Positions 1-9,065 of a stretch of 64,000 bases of DNA are shown here, one piece after another. The stretch comes from an archaeon (GTDB taxonomy: Archaea; Asgardarchaeota; Thorarchaeia; Thorarchaeales; Thorarchaeaceae). The position numbers were made by a program, and so were the translations under genes. The notes below the pieces were generated by a model. It was not told where the DNA came from and did no database searches. It saw nothing but the letters and a program-made list of their open reading frames with translations. The DNA lies in assembly GCA_024276825.1 (NCBI GenBank), contig JAJRWI010000003.1, positions 1 to 64,000 of the forward strand. The letters are read 5' to 3'. Each line of letters opens with the position of its first letter. Positions within the stretch are counted from its first letter, which is position 1.

Positions 1-324
1 GACGAGCTGAGAGCTGGTGCATGGCCATCGTAAATTCGTGCCGTGAGGTATCAGCTTAAGTGCTGCAACGAATGAGATCCCTGCCACCTAGTTGCCAGCC
101 GGGGGCTTCGGCCCTGTCGGGGCACACTAGGGGGACCGCCGGCGAGAAGTCGGAGGAAGGTGGGGGCCACGGTAGGTCAGTATGCCGCGATATGGGCGGG
201 GCCACACGCGTGCTACAATGGCCGGGACAATGCGCTACAACACCGAGAGGTGAAGTCAATCGCGAAACCCGGTCGTAGTTGGGATCGCGGGTTGGAACCC
301 ACCCGCGTGAACCTGGAATCCCTA

Positions 325-354
325 TCAACATCAGACTCCCTGATGTTGGGGAAA
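325..354 (+). other. 16S rRNA mini-intron 1 (30 nt, BHB)
   Basis: Interrupts GGAATCCCTA|GTA; central helix TCCC/GGGA with 3-nt bulges TAT and AAG; 9-bp hairpin CAACATCAG-ACTCC-CTGATGTTG. Confidence 0.9.
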
Positions 355-497
355 GTATCCGCGTGTCACTATCGCGCGGAGAATCTGTCCCTGCTTCTTG
401 CACACACCGCCCGTCGCTCCATGCGAGCTGGTCTGGGGTGAGGCGTCGTCCATTGGGCGATGACGAATCTTGGGCCGGCAAGTAGGGAGAAGTCGTA

Positions 498-527
498 ATC
501 GTGTCAGACTCCCTGACACGACGGAAA
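498..527 (+). other. 16S rRNA mini-intron 2 (30 nt, relaxed BHB)
   Basis: Interrupts AAGTCGTA|ACAAGG; hairpin TCGTGTCAG-ACTCC-CTGACACGA; central helix GTCG/CGGA (3 of 4 pairs); boundary can slide 1 nt. Confidence 0.88.
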
Positions 528-603
528 ACAAGGTATCCGTAGCGGAAGCTGCGGATGGATCACCTCCTACGTTGCCTAAAAGGCAAGAAGTGTAGACTGA
601 CGG

Positions 604-660
604 GGTGGGTGTAGATAAGGGATTTACCCTCGTGCCCTGCTGAGCCACCCTATTATTTTT
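604..660 (+). terminator. Hairpin plus T-tract after 16S
   Basis: GGGTGG...CCACCC stem followed by TATTATTTTT; no tRNA-Ala or 23S follows. Confidence 0.5.
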
Positions 661-959
661 GCAGAAGTCGACCAAGGCTTATGATAGCTTCGAACTACTA
701 CAGAAGGAAGATCGAGAGAGAGTATGGGAGAATGGTCAAGACGATGGCTAAGACATGAGACAAAAGAATAGAATGGCAATAAACTCGGATTGTGTCATTT
801 TCGGGCCCTGAGTTGCTCAATCCCAAGCATATTCATGTTTTATCGTATTTTGAAACACTACATCGTTTTTCATTATGTCAATCCTGACAATTATGATAAC
901 ATCAAACATCTTTATTACATCAGAATCTAATGGTTCAAACTGGTGTAAGATGATAAGAG

Positions 960-1868
960 ATGAGAGTTTCTAAGTATGTGTTGTTTGTATTGACAGTTCT
1001 TCTACTTGTTCAGTGTCAAATAAGTTACAGTGGATTACAAGTAAATACTTCAATTGATGGGGCCAGTTTCAGGTATACTTGCTCATCACAGACCAATAAT
1101 GTCACAATGATTGTAGATGATGAAATGGTTCTCTTTCTTGGTGATGATGTGTGGCAGACGATCAACCAGAACTCGTATTATTCGGGTCTTTTGGATAACG
1201 GGACTGTGGTCGGTCTACTGGAGCAATATGAGAGAGAACTCCTCTTCATCACTCGGACTCCGTGGAATGATTATGTGATTATAGTCGGGATGAATGAAAC
1301 CTTCTTTGTGGAGATGATAATAGAGTGCACGTTCAATTACACTCACATAGAATCAGTTGACAATATATATGTGATAGCTGGGGGAGAATACATCTTATCT
1401 CTGAGAACTGCACTCTCTACAGCCATGAGTGCCAATGATACATTGAACTTGGAGATGATTGCTTGGGACAGGAGTCAGGAGGCGAGATCTCCTCTCAGAG
1501 CATATCTATGGTCATATGCCTACACCAATCATTCCATCCTGTCCATTGAGGAGAACCCACATGTGACACATTGGTCAAATAGTAACGCCTCCGAGATGCT
1601 TTATGATACACACTGGGAGATCATCACCACAACTAATATTGCTCGCTTAGTGGCCAACCCCAATGAAGACAAATGGGATGTTGAGATGTTTCCATCTATG
1701 ACTGACATCTTTGTGTCGCTGGACGGGGAACTGATTCAGATACTCTCTGAACTCGAGCCAGTTGAGAGGAGTTTGGACCCAATCATGTTTGTAGTTGGCA
1801 GTGCAATTTTGACAGTGGGTATCATCTCATTGATAATATACTTGAGAAAATGGAGAGCTAATGAATGA
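960..1868 (+). CDS. Hypothetical secreted, C-terminally membrane-anchored protein
   Basis: N-terminal hydrophobic signal, many NxS/T sequons, C-terminal TM helix followed by RKWR. Confidence 0.75.
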   Translation: MRVSKYVLFVLTVLLLVQCQISYSGLQVNTSIDGASFRYTCSSQTNNVTMIVDDEMVLFLGDDVWQTINQNSYYSGLLDNGTVVGLLEQYERELLFITRTPWNDYVIIVGMNETFFVEMIIECTFNYTHIESVDNIYVIAGGEYILSLRTALSTAMSANDTLNLEMIAWDRSQEARSPLRAYLWSYAYTNHSILSIEENPHVTHWSNSNASEMLYDTHWEIITTTNIARLVANPNEDKWDVEMFPSMTDIFVSLDGELIQILSELEPVERSLDPIMFVVGSAILTVGIISLIIYLRKWRANE

Positions 1869-2399
1869 ACATAATAGACTCCCAGATTACAGGCAATTGG
1901 CCTTTGAATGTCGTGGTTCATCAATGCAATATATGAAATGGATAGATATTATCACTCGGAGATTGTGGGCGTAATGCATTGATCTCAAGGCGCGTATTTG
2001 AGAGTATAATTGTAGGTGGGAATCACAATAATGATTGATACAGTATTAGTCCGTGCACGTGCATTCACTCAAATTCTCGGCTATGCCATAGAAGTATACA
2101 AACATGAATGCATGGGCGTACTGTTGGGGACACGTTTACTACAACTGGAAAAATAGTAATCAATTCTGTAGTGGCGTTGCAGAGTGCGGATAGACAATTC
2201 ACATCTGTCGCGCCAAGACAGCACAGATACGAGCGAATAACTGATGTTCTCCTGCTTAAAGATGGGACTGCTCGCAGAAAGTTTTTCTTCATGGATTATC
2301 GCTATTATGAAGGCTTTGATTTCTCAACAATTCAGCCAGACATCAATCGGGATTTTGAAACTTGCGCGCAACCCACTGGGTGAGTGTCAAATCAGACAC

Positions 2400-2792
2400 T
2401 TAATACTCCTCAATATTAAGGCCAGGGATTCTTTGAAAGTGTTTTACATTCTTCGTGAGAATCGGTTCATTATTGCTGATTACAATTCCTGCAATCATTG
2501 AGCCTTCTGGATCTATTATTTCACCATTCTTAATCAGTTCGCCATATATCTTCCCAGCTAGTGCTGCGGATTCTGCATCAAGGTCCATTATTCCCCATGA
2601 CTTCAAGATTTCCATGATTCTGTTCTTTTCAGATATTGGTTTCTTTGTCAGACTTATTCCCACAAACAGCTTGAAGATGGATGGCGTGGAGATACTGGTC
2701 GCAATGGATTCAGCCTCCATCTTCTTAATCTTGGACACTGTTGGCACTCTTCCCTGAAGCAGGTCAATTATGAATGATGTGTCCAGTATCAT
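2400..2792 (-). CDS. vapC: VapC PIN-domain toxin (two catalytic acids substituted)
   Basis: MILDTSFIID, MIAG and TKNVKHF motifs; overlaps the upstream antitoxin. Confidence 0.9.
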   Translation of the reverse strand: MILDTSFIIDLLQGRVPTVSKIKKMEAESIATSISTPSIFKLFVGISLTKKPISEKNRIMEILKSWGIMDLDAESAALAGKIYGELIKNGEIIDPEGSMIAGIVISNNEPILTKNVKHFQRIPGLNIEEY

Positions 2793-3027
2793 TATTTCCC
2801 AACTCCCCTATCAGTCTACTTATCCGTTTCCTGCTTCTTGAACGCAGAGCTGCAATTGTGGTTTCAAGAATCTCTCCATCCTCATCACTCAAGACTCTTG
2901 CAAGCTCGCTCAATCTCTTTCTTGATGTGAGTCGGTTGATGACATCGCTGAAGCTCTCACCGGGTTTTTTCATTGCTTTTAGTCTGGCATAGGCCTCATC
3001 AGAAACGGATATTGTCTTGTTTCCCAT
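2764..3027 (-). CDS. vapB: VapB-type antitoxin (COG1753-like)
   Basis: KTISVSDEAYARLKAMKKPGESFSDVINRL signature. Confidence 0.9.
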   Translation of the reverse strand: MGNKTISVSDEAYARLKAMKKPGESFSDVINRLTSRKRLSELARVLSDEDGEILETTIAALRSRSRKRISRLIGELGNNDTGHIIHN

Positions 3028-3104
3028 GTGTATGTGTATATGTATGTATGCTTATAAATTCGTTCTGAGGCCAATCTATAAACTTAGGACGAGTAGGATT
3101 TCTG

Positions 3105-3392
3105 ATGATTATAGTATGGATTGAGCACTTTCTGACACCTAGTGCAAAACAGATGTTTGCCGATTGGATTACCGATGTGGGGAGAGCACTGGCAAACATT
3201 GACGGCTTTGTTTCAATCCGACAACTGACTCCAATTGACAGCTCAAATGAATATCATCTATTACTGGAATTTGAGAGCCTTGATCTTCTAAGAGTGTGGT
3301 CGTCAAGCAAGACACATGATGATCTTCTTGAGAGACTTAAGCCATATCGGACAAGAAAGCATCAATCTAGAGTTTTTATGTGTAAAAAGTAG
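3105..3392 (+). CDS. Antibiotic biosynthesis monooxygenase (ABM) family protein
   Basis: DGFVS...LEFES..L..W..S..H pattern. Confidence 0.75.
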   Translation: MIIVWIEHFLTPSAKQMFADWITDVGRALANIDGFVSIRQLTPIDSSNEYHLLLEFESLDLLRVWSSSKTHDDLLERLKPYRTRKHQSRVFMCKK

Positions 3393-3435
3393 GCTTTAGT
3401 CAACTGGCCATTAATAATGGAGTGTAAACCTCAGT

Positions 3436-4275
3436 TCATAGATAGTAAAAACCTGTTTCCATTCCCTTTCTCTCCCCGTATCTTATTGCGACCTTTGCAA
3501 GAAAGAAGAATACAAAGAGTTCTATTATCAGAACAATCCACTCCAATGTCAAGGCAAATGGCATAGAACTTCCGAACTCCATAAGGATTGGAGTTGTTCC
3601 CAACACATGAACTCGCAATAGGTCTATGCCAAATACATTAGGTAGCGCAAGAGCGATATACATTAGAATGGGCGGAAATGTCTGAACAGGCACATAAGTC
3701 CCCCCCAGAAACTGAAATGTGATAGATAGCACGCCAAATAGTGATGATACCTTTCGATACTTCAGCACAAGCGAACTGAAAATGGCTCCCATTTGAACCA
3801 GTACAAGAATTGAGAGAAAAATTGCTGCGAGACCAAGTATCAAGTTAAGACTGGAGAATCCCAGTCCTACAAACATCAAAGCAAATGCAAACATTGGAAT
3901 GAAGAAGATCATGTTTGTCGCTGCTACTCCCAGCGCATTTCCGACAATGAACCAATACTTTGAGATTGGGCAAGTAAACGAGTATTCCAGTTTACCAAGT
4001 TCCATGTCACTCGCCAAGGTTATAGAAGACTCCCAGAGCCCGACATTGATGAACGGTACAAAGGCTATTCCAAGGAACATAAATGCGGCGACGTTTGTTG
4101 TACCCACTGCTTGATTAACTGTTGATACGTCAATGACTGCAAGAAAGACCAGATAAAAGGCAAGAGAGAGAACCTGTGAGATCACACTACCTATAAAGTT
4201 CAATCTATACTTTGTCATGTGGCGAACTCGTCGCCATGCTACAGCATATGCAACTTTAAGTCCCGAAACCTGCAT
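3436..4275 (-). CDS. ABC-2 type transporter permease
   Basis: Six TM segments, ELGKLEY and GTYVP motifs; coupled to the ATPase gene. Confidence 0.9.
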   Translation of the reverse strand: MQVSGLKVAYAVAWRRVRHMTKYRLNFIGSVISQVLSLAFYLVFLAVIDVSTVNQAVGTTNVAAFMFLGIAFVPFINVGLWESSITLASDMELGKLEYSFTCPISKYWFIVGNALGVAATNMIFFIPMFAFALMFVGLGFSSLNLILGLAAIFLSILVLVQMGAIFSSLVLKYRKVSSLFGVLSITFQFLGGTYVPVQTFPPILMYIALALPNVFGIDLLRVHVLGTTPILMEFGSSMPFALTLEWIVLIIELFVFFFLAKVAIRYGERKGMETGFYYL

Positions 4276-5216
4276 TAGGCATCCCCCGCAATTTTAGCAA
4301 AAGCATCCTCTAATGATGGTTCAACCATTGAAACAAAAGCATTCACACCATTTTTCTCAAGGATGTCTACGACTTGTCGAATGGCTGAATATGGACTATC
4401 AGATTGGATTCTAATCTCAGTATTCTTATTGACCACTGTTATATTACCTATTGAGGAAAACTCAGTTATTATAATATCATCAAAAGGGCCACCGCGTACT
4501 ACAACGCTTTCAAGTCTCATTCCTTTTTGTTTGAGTTCTTGGGGAGTTCCTTCAAATACCTTCTTTCCTCGATTGATGAAGACTAGTTTGTCACAAATAT
4601 CCTCGAGTTCCTTCAGATTATGTGATGTGATAACCATGGTTGCATTGTGTTCATGTACATATTCCTTAATCAGATGTCTGACTCTTCTAGCTATTAGGAC
4701 ATCCAAGCTCTTACTAGGTTCATCTAAAAAGGCAATCTTAGGATAATGCAAAAGTGCTCTAAGAACCACAAAGGCTTGTTTCTCGCCCCCTGAGAGTGTA
4801 ATGAAGTGTTGGTCAAGTCGATCTTCCATCCCAATCTGATGCGCAAAATCATCAAGTCTTCTGACTGATGTGTCAGCTTTAAGTCCTCTCAACCATCCAA
4901 AATATTTTGCATTCTCACGTGGACTCAACCTGTAGTATAGAGAGCGCTCGGTATCTTGGCCAGCATATCCAATAACCTCTCGTATTTTCTGTGGTTCCCT
5001 CCCAATTTCATATCCTGCCACAGTAATTTGTCCCGAGGTTGGACTGAGAAGTGTTGTCATCATGCGAATAAGTGTTGTTTTACCAGCACCATTCGCTCCA
5101 AGGAGACCTACTATTGATCCGTTCTCAACATCAAATGATACATTGTCTACTGCTATTATCTCTCTTGTACCATGAAACAGTTTTGTGACGTTCCTGACTG
5201 AAACTGCATAATCCAT
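4275..5216 (-). CDS. ABC transporter ATP-binding protein
   Basis: GANGAGKTT Walker A, LSGGEKQ signature, FLDEP Walker B. Confidence 0.95.
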   Translation of the reverse strand: MDYAVSVRNVTKLFHGTREIIAVDNVSFDVENGSIVGLLGANGAGKTTLIRMMTTLLSPTSGQITVAGYEIGREPQKIREVIGYAGQDTERSLYYRLSPRENAKYFGWLRGLKADTSVRRLDDFAHQIGMEDRLDQHFITLSGGEKQAFVVLRALLHYPKIAFLDEPSKSLDVLIARRVRHLIKEYVHEHNATMVITSHNLKELEDICDKLVFINRGKKVFEGTPQELKQKGMRLESVVVRGGPFDDIIITEFSSIGNITVVNKNTEIRIQSDSPYSAIRQVVDILEKNGVNAFVSMVEPSLEDAFAKIAGDA

Positions 5217-5218
5217 GA

Positions 5219-5620
5219 TTATAATACATCCTCTTTTCCAGATACAGAAACACTGAGCTGTTCTATTGCAGATATCAAATCATTGACCTTTTTCCTGTCA
5301 ACAAGTTCATAGTGGGCCCATCTACTTTTCCTCTCAGCAGTGACTAGACCATTGGTTCTCAAGACACTCAAGTGATGTGATGTGAGTGTCTGATCCATCT
5401 CAAGTGCCATTGAGATCTCGCATACACACAAGGGACTAGTACCCAGTAGGAGTTTCAAGATTCGGACTCTCTTTGTATCAGACACCATTCTTAGAATCTT
5501 CTCTACCCCCTCTATATCTTTGAGTCTTGACAGTTCCCTTAATTTTGTAATGTGTTCTGTCGCACTCGAACACACACACCTTTTGGGTTTGGAACTGATG
5601 GCGGCTTCAATCTGTTCCAT
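5219..5620 (-). CDS. ArsR/SmtB family regulator
   Basis: LCVCEI and SHHLSVLR..GLV motifs. Confidence 0.9.
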   Translation of the reverse strand: MEQIEAAISSKPKRCVCSSATEHITKLRELSRLKDIEGVEKILRMVSDTKRVRILKLLLGTSPLCVCEISMALEMDQTLTSHHLSVLRTNGLVTAERKSRWAHYELVDRKKVNDLISAIEQLSVSVSGKEDVL

Positions 5621-5631
5621 GATAAAACCTC

Positions 5632-5667
5632 ATATGAATGATGATTAATATGAATGACGATACATAT
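5632..5667. promoter_or_regulatory. Two overlapping ArsR/SmtB-type operator boxes
   Basis: ATATGAA-N6-TTAATAT (5632-5651) and ATATGAA-N6-TACATAT (5648-5667) just upstream of the regulator. Confidence 0.6.
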
Positions 5668-5699
5668 AATAATATCGGTCAGAACAGGTCATTCACTCA

Positions 5700-5852
5700 T
5701 CATTCATATTCGTCATTCAGCTCGTAATGCTCCAGATCAATCTTGAATATCAGTTCAAGAAGTTCCTTCTTGGTCAATCTGACAGTTTCGAGGTATATGC
5801 GTGCCTGAAGCTCTTCGAGATCATCTTGTAGGCCAAATTTGACTATGGACAA
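5700..5852 (-). pseudogene. Short antitoxin-like remnant (50 aa, TTG start)
   Basis: Hand translation MSIVKFGLQDDLEELQARIYLETVRLTKKELLELIFK...; no toxin follows. Confidence 0.4.
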
Positions 5853-5931
5853 CTGCACCGCTTGGTAGCCAATTCATTATGCAGAATGTATGTAATTGGC
5901 AGACTACCAGACAGAGAGGGCTGTGTAATCA

Positions 5932-6390
5932 CTACCAGACAAAGATAGTATCATGATGTTTTTCATAGCAGTCTTTACAGACTCTCAACGGGAACTCGGG
6001 CTTCTTGCAGTATAGGATCTCGGACTCAATCTCACCGTTTCTGACATCCAAACTTGAACCACATAGATTGCAGCAGTAGACAGCCTCTATTTGAAAGTGT
6101 ACCTCCCGAGATGGACACTTGTAGATCCGCATGTTGCGTTTCGGGCTTCCCAACTCCCGCATGTCACCAAACACACGTAGGGAGTGGATGATAGGATACA
6201 TTCCAACAAAGCTCTCGGAGCAGATCCCTTCTGGAGTCCTCCATGAGAACTCAAACCTCTCCCCCACCTTGTGGTTGGCTCGACAATTTCCATCCTTTAT
6301 GATTGTGACGACAAATCTCACCACTTCGTCCCAGTGCTCTCGTAATCTCACAACCTCTCTATCTGGAGTCTTGTCTGCTGACATATGCAT
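5932..6390 (-). CDS. TIGR04076-like Cys-rich protein with C-terminal Zn-finger
   Basis: GNC.A.HKVG.RF, TPEGIC and CP motifs plus CxxC pairs. Confidence 0.7.
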   Translation of the reverse strand: MHMSADKTPDREVVRLREHWDEVVRFVVTIIKDGNCRANHKVGERFEFSWRTPEGICSESFVGMYPIIHSLRVFGDMRELGSPKRNMRIYKCPSREVHFQIEAVYCCNLCGSSLDVRNGEIESEILYCKKPEFPLRVCKDCYEKHHDTIFVW

Positions 6391-6667
6391 CGCTGACCTT
6401 ATGTCATATCTTGAGTTATGCTTTACTGTTGGCCGAGGATTTGTTCTAGCATGTCAATCATAATTAATTATGCTTCAATCATCAGAAATCCGTTCTCAAA
6501 AATATCTGCGACAACAGTAAACATCAGTAATGCTGATTACAGTTGGAGCGCCAAACACCAAGGCTTACTGTTTGCTTTCGATTCATAGGCCAGTTTCAGT
6601 GTATTCATTTTTCGCATTAATCCAAAAAAGCGATAGAGTGATCTTGAACCAACGAGGTCTATGACGC

Positions 6668-7495
6668 ATGGTTGACTTCGCCACACTTCACAAGGCTGCA
6701 CGGCACGATGTGCGGATGTGTATTCAGGCATGGTCTGAAACCCTTCGGAAGTTCCTCGGTGAGAAGCTTGATTATGTGTATGCAAAAGGTTCTGCTGTGA
6801 AGAGGTGAGACTCGCCGATTGACTATGTGCCAATTCTGAGTGATGTTGACCTTCACATTGGCCTGATAGATGAAAGAGGGTTTTTGCAGATGCAGACAAT
6901 GCCTTTGAGTTCTCGATGAATATCATTACTGAGCATGAGCGGCGATTCTATGAGCTTGAGCCAGATCCTCTCCACTTTCCACGAACATAGATTGTCCTTT
7001 TCAATACAATGTGGAGAGAAGAGTGGTATGTGCCGCCACGGTTGCAAGACATCACTGTCATGTTCGGCTCTCCAAAGTTCAACTATCTCCCTCCTGTTGA
7101 GAGAGTTCGTGCCATAGACCGTCAGAGGTTAGAGGAAGTCATTCTAATTCTGCAGGATATTCCTCTAAGCATGATTGATCGTTCAGGTCTCGACTTCTGG
7201 AGTCTTATCAGACGGCTTACATGGCATGTGCCACCTGCACCAGTTCGTCTGCTCACTCAGTTTAAATCAGATCCTTTTGAGGTGTGGAGTTGGAACAGTA
7301 AAATTCAGGACAAGAGTCGTCAGAGAGCTCAAAGAGATTGGTCATGAGCGATTGGCGGCACAATATTCGAATTACTACATGGTGGGGTGGGATCTTTTTC
7401 TCTTGGGTCTTAAAAGCAGCGATGCATATCGTCGAATTCTTCGGTTGAGCCATCATATATTGACTGATGTGCTCCGAGTAATCGGTCTTCAATAA
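6668..7495 (+). pseudogene. Nucleotidyltransferase-fold pseudogene
   Basis: YAKGS...SDVDLH motif; in-frame TGA at 6806, a TAG and two frameshifts; fragments join into one protein. Confidence 0.75.
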
Positions 7496-7545
7496 CTGAA
7501 GTTTACTGTTTGGTACTTGTGAGAAGATGGTCACACACGGTGAGT

Positions 7546-7621
7546 GAGTTTGAAATTTGTCTAGTGCTGTTCCTGGAAGGACAGGACTCTAATATTCAAG
7601 ATTGTCCAATTTACAATGAAC
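7546..7621 (+). repeat. Dispersed intergenic repeat, partial copy C
   Basis: Resembles 9910-9967 (CTGGA.GGACAGGA) and 45599-45619 (ATTGTCCAA.TTA..ATGAAC). Confidence 0.5.
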
Positions 7622-7636
7622 GGTCTAAAGGTCAGA

Positions 7637-7900
7637 TCAGCCAAGCGAGAAGCTTGGGGGAAACATCACAAAGTACTGGATCACAATGGAGAGTAGAATG
7701 CCGCTGAACACGAAACTCTTCCCCCTGCTCGTGTTGGTTTCAGTGAACCAGAGAATGGCGCCGACGAGGACTATGATCACACCGCTCACTCTTCCGATGA
7801 AGATGAGAAAGTTCCAGATCTCTGCAAAGTACTGAGCGAGGAGTTCTGCGAACTGTTGAGGAGGAGATTGAAGAAGTGGGAATAACATTAGCACCACCAT
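7637..7900 (-). CDS. Small membrane protein (TrbC/VirB2 pilin-like pattern)
   Basis: Two hydrophobic helices joined by a short SRGKS loop. Confidence 0.6.
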   Translation of the reverse strand: MVVLMLFPLLQSPPQQFAELLAQYFAEIWNFLIFIGRVSGVIIVLVGAILWFTETNTSRGKSFVFSGILLSIVIQYFVMFPPSFSLG

Positions 7901-7975
7901 ACTGATGTCAAATGATGAAGATATAAGGTCGTCAAGAATTCAAGGTATGGAAGAAGAGCATTTGAAGGAAGTATC

Positions 7976-8233
7976 ATGATATCTGAACTCGCCTTGTTGG
8001 TGGTGATATACTCCATCTGGATACTCAGCCTAGTCTATGCCATGGTGTCCAGTGAGCAGATATCACTCACAGTGGCCACCCTGTCGTTCATAGTGACCTT
8101 TCCATTTACACTGATACTGGCAATAAATGTAGAGATCTGGGTTGCAGGCATAATATTGGTGGACATGTCCCTTACAGCAATAATGGGAGTTCTTCTCTTT
8201 GTGAGATGGGTCATGGCAATAGTTGCAGAGTGA
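7976..8233 (+). CDS. Hypothetical 3-TM membrane protein
   Basis: ORF with three hydrophobic segments. Confidence 0.7.
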   Translation: MISELALLVVIYSIWILSLVYAMVSSEQISLTVATLSFIVTFPFTLILAINVEIWVAGIILVDMSLTAIMGVLLFVRWVMAIVAE

Positions 8234-8250
8234 TCATTAGTAGAGGTTGC

Positions 8251-8418
8251 TTATTTCTTCCCCTTTCGTTTGAACTCTGTGTAACCGCATCGACCGCAAG
8301 AGAACCTGTCAAAATGCTCGGCCATGAATGTGCCTTTCTCACATCGTGGACACTGCCTCTTTACTGTGGAGACTTTGCCGTTCTTGTCGACTTTGTAAGC
8401 CTTGTGCGTCTGTGTCAT
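8251..8418 (-). CDS. rps27ae: 30S ribosomal protein S27ae (not in ORF track)
   Basis: Hand translation [11 protein letters not shown]...[27 protein letters not shown]; follows rps24e. Confidence 0.95.
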   Translation of the reverse strand: MTQTHKAYKVDKNGKVSTVKRQCPRCEKGTFMAEHFDRFSCGRCGYTEFKRKGKK

Positions 8419-8724
8419 TTATTCTCCTTCCTTCTTCTTTGACTCGTGTTTCTTGATAATGTGAGGTAACTCGACTCTCTTCATGTGTTCGGGAGTGTCG
8501 TATATCCTTGCAGTCCCCTCAGTGATACCAATACCAAACTTTGTTTCGAGTTTCCTAATGACCACTCTTGATACATCTGCATCATATTCTGCAACAATCC
8601 TACCAAGAATATCAGCTCTGCTGGGTGTGGTAGCACCCTGATGGTCTATCCTAAAACTGATCTCTTTTCGAAACAGGGGTCTGTTGTCCCGTTCATTAAT
8701 CACTTCAAACTTCATTGGAATCAC
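8419..8724 (-). CDS. rps24e: 30S ribosomal protein S24e
   Basis: TPSR and TKFG.G...G.ARIY motifs. Confidence 0.95.
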   Translation of the reverse strand: MIPMKFEVINERDNRPLFRKEISFRIDHQGATTPSRADILGRIVAEYDADVSRVVIRKLETKFGIGITEGTARIYDTPEHMKRVELPHIIKKHESKKKEGE

Positions 8725-8839
8725 TCTTGGGAGTCGTAGGCTATATAATCAGCCTGCCAACGAGTTTTGAACTTTTAATAAATGTTTCACTACAGACTGA
8801 TGCATGTAATTATGGAGGTCAATGAGAAGTAGCACAAGA

Positions 8840-9052
8840 CTATCTCACTTTGAGGGCGTATTTTCCTGGTTTGTCTATATTCAGCCTGTCAGCAATGTAG
8901 GAGGTCTTCCTTGGGTCTTCATGAGGGTCTCGCCCTGGCAGGATCACAACGATTCCAGTGTACGAGCTTGACAGATTAGTGCTCTTACAGTTGGGGCACT
9001 GGCTCTCAGTTGTCAAGAAATGGCACTGTCTGCATGCCTTTAGTTTTACCAA
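8840..9052 (-). CDS. spt4: Transcription elongation factor Spt4 (RpoE'')
   Basis: ACRQC...CPNC and PGKYALKVR motifs. Confidence 0.95.
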   Translation of the reverse strand: MVKLKACRQCHFLTTESQCPNCKSTNLSSSYTGIVVILPGRDPHEDPRKTSYIADRLNIDKPGKYALKVR

Positions 9053-9065
9053 GTGGTCTCACTCC

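Larger units (their letters stand above)
1..568 (+). rRNA. rrs: 16S rRNA, 3' part (truncated by window start), with two 30-nt introns
   Basis: Conserved motifs GGAGGAAGG, TACAATGG, TTGCACACACCGCCCGTC, AAGTCGTA..ACAAGGT and the anti-SD end GGATCACCTCCT. Confidence 0.98.

Noticed and set aside
56-675. ORFs overlapping the 16S rRNA
   Set aside because: Chance ORFs in GC-rich rRNA.
2108-2383. 91-aa ORF beside vapC
   Set aside because: No recognisable motif or RBS; cannot support a call.
6806-6808. In-frame TGA as selenocysteine (and the later TAG as pyrrolysine)
   Set aside because: The same gene has frameshifts and the context suggests Trp; a pseudogene is simpler.
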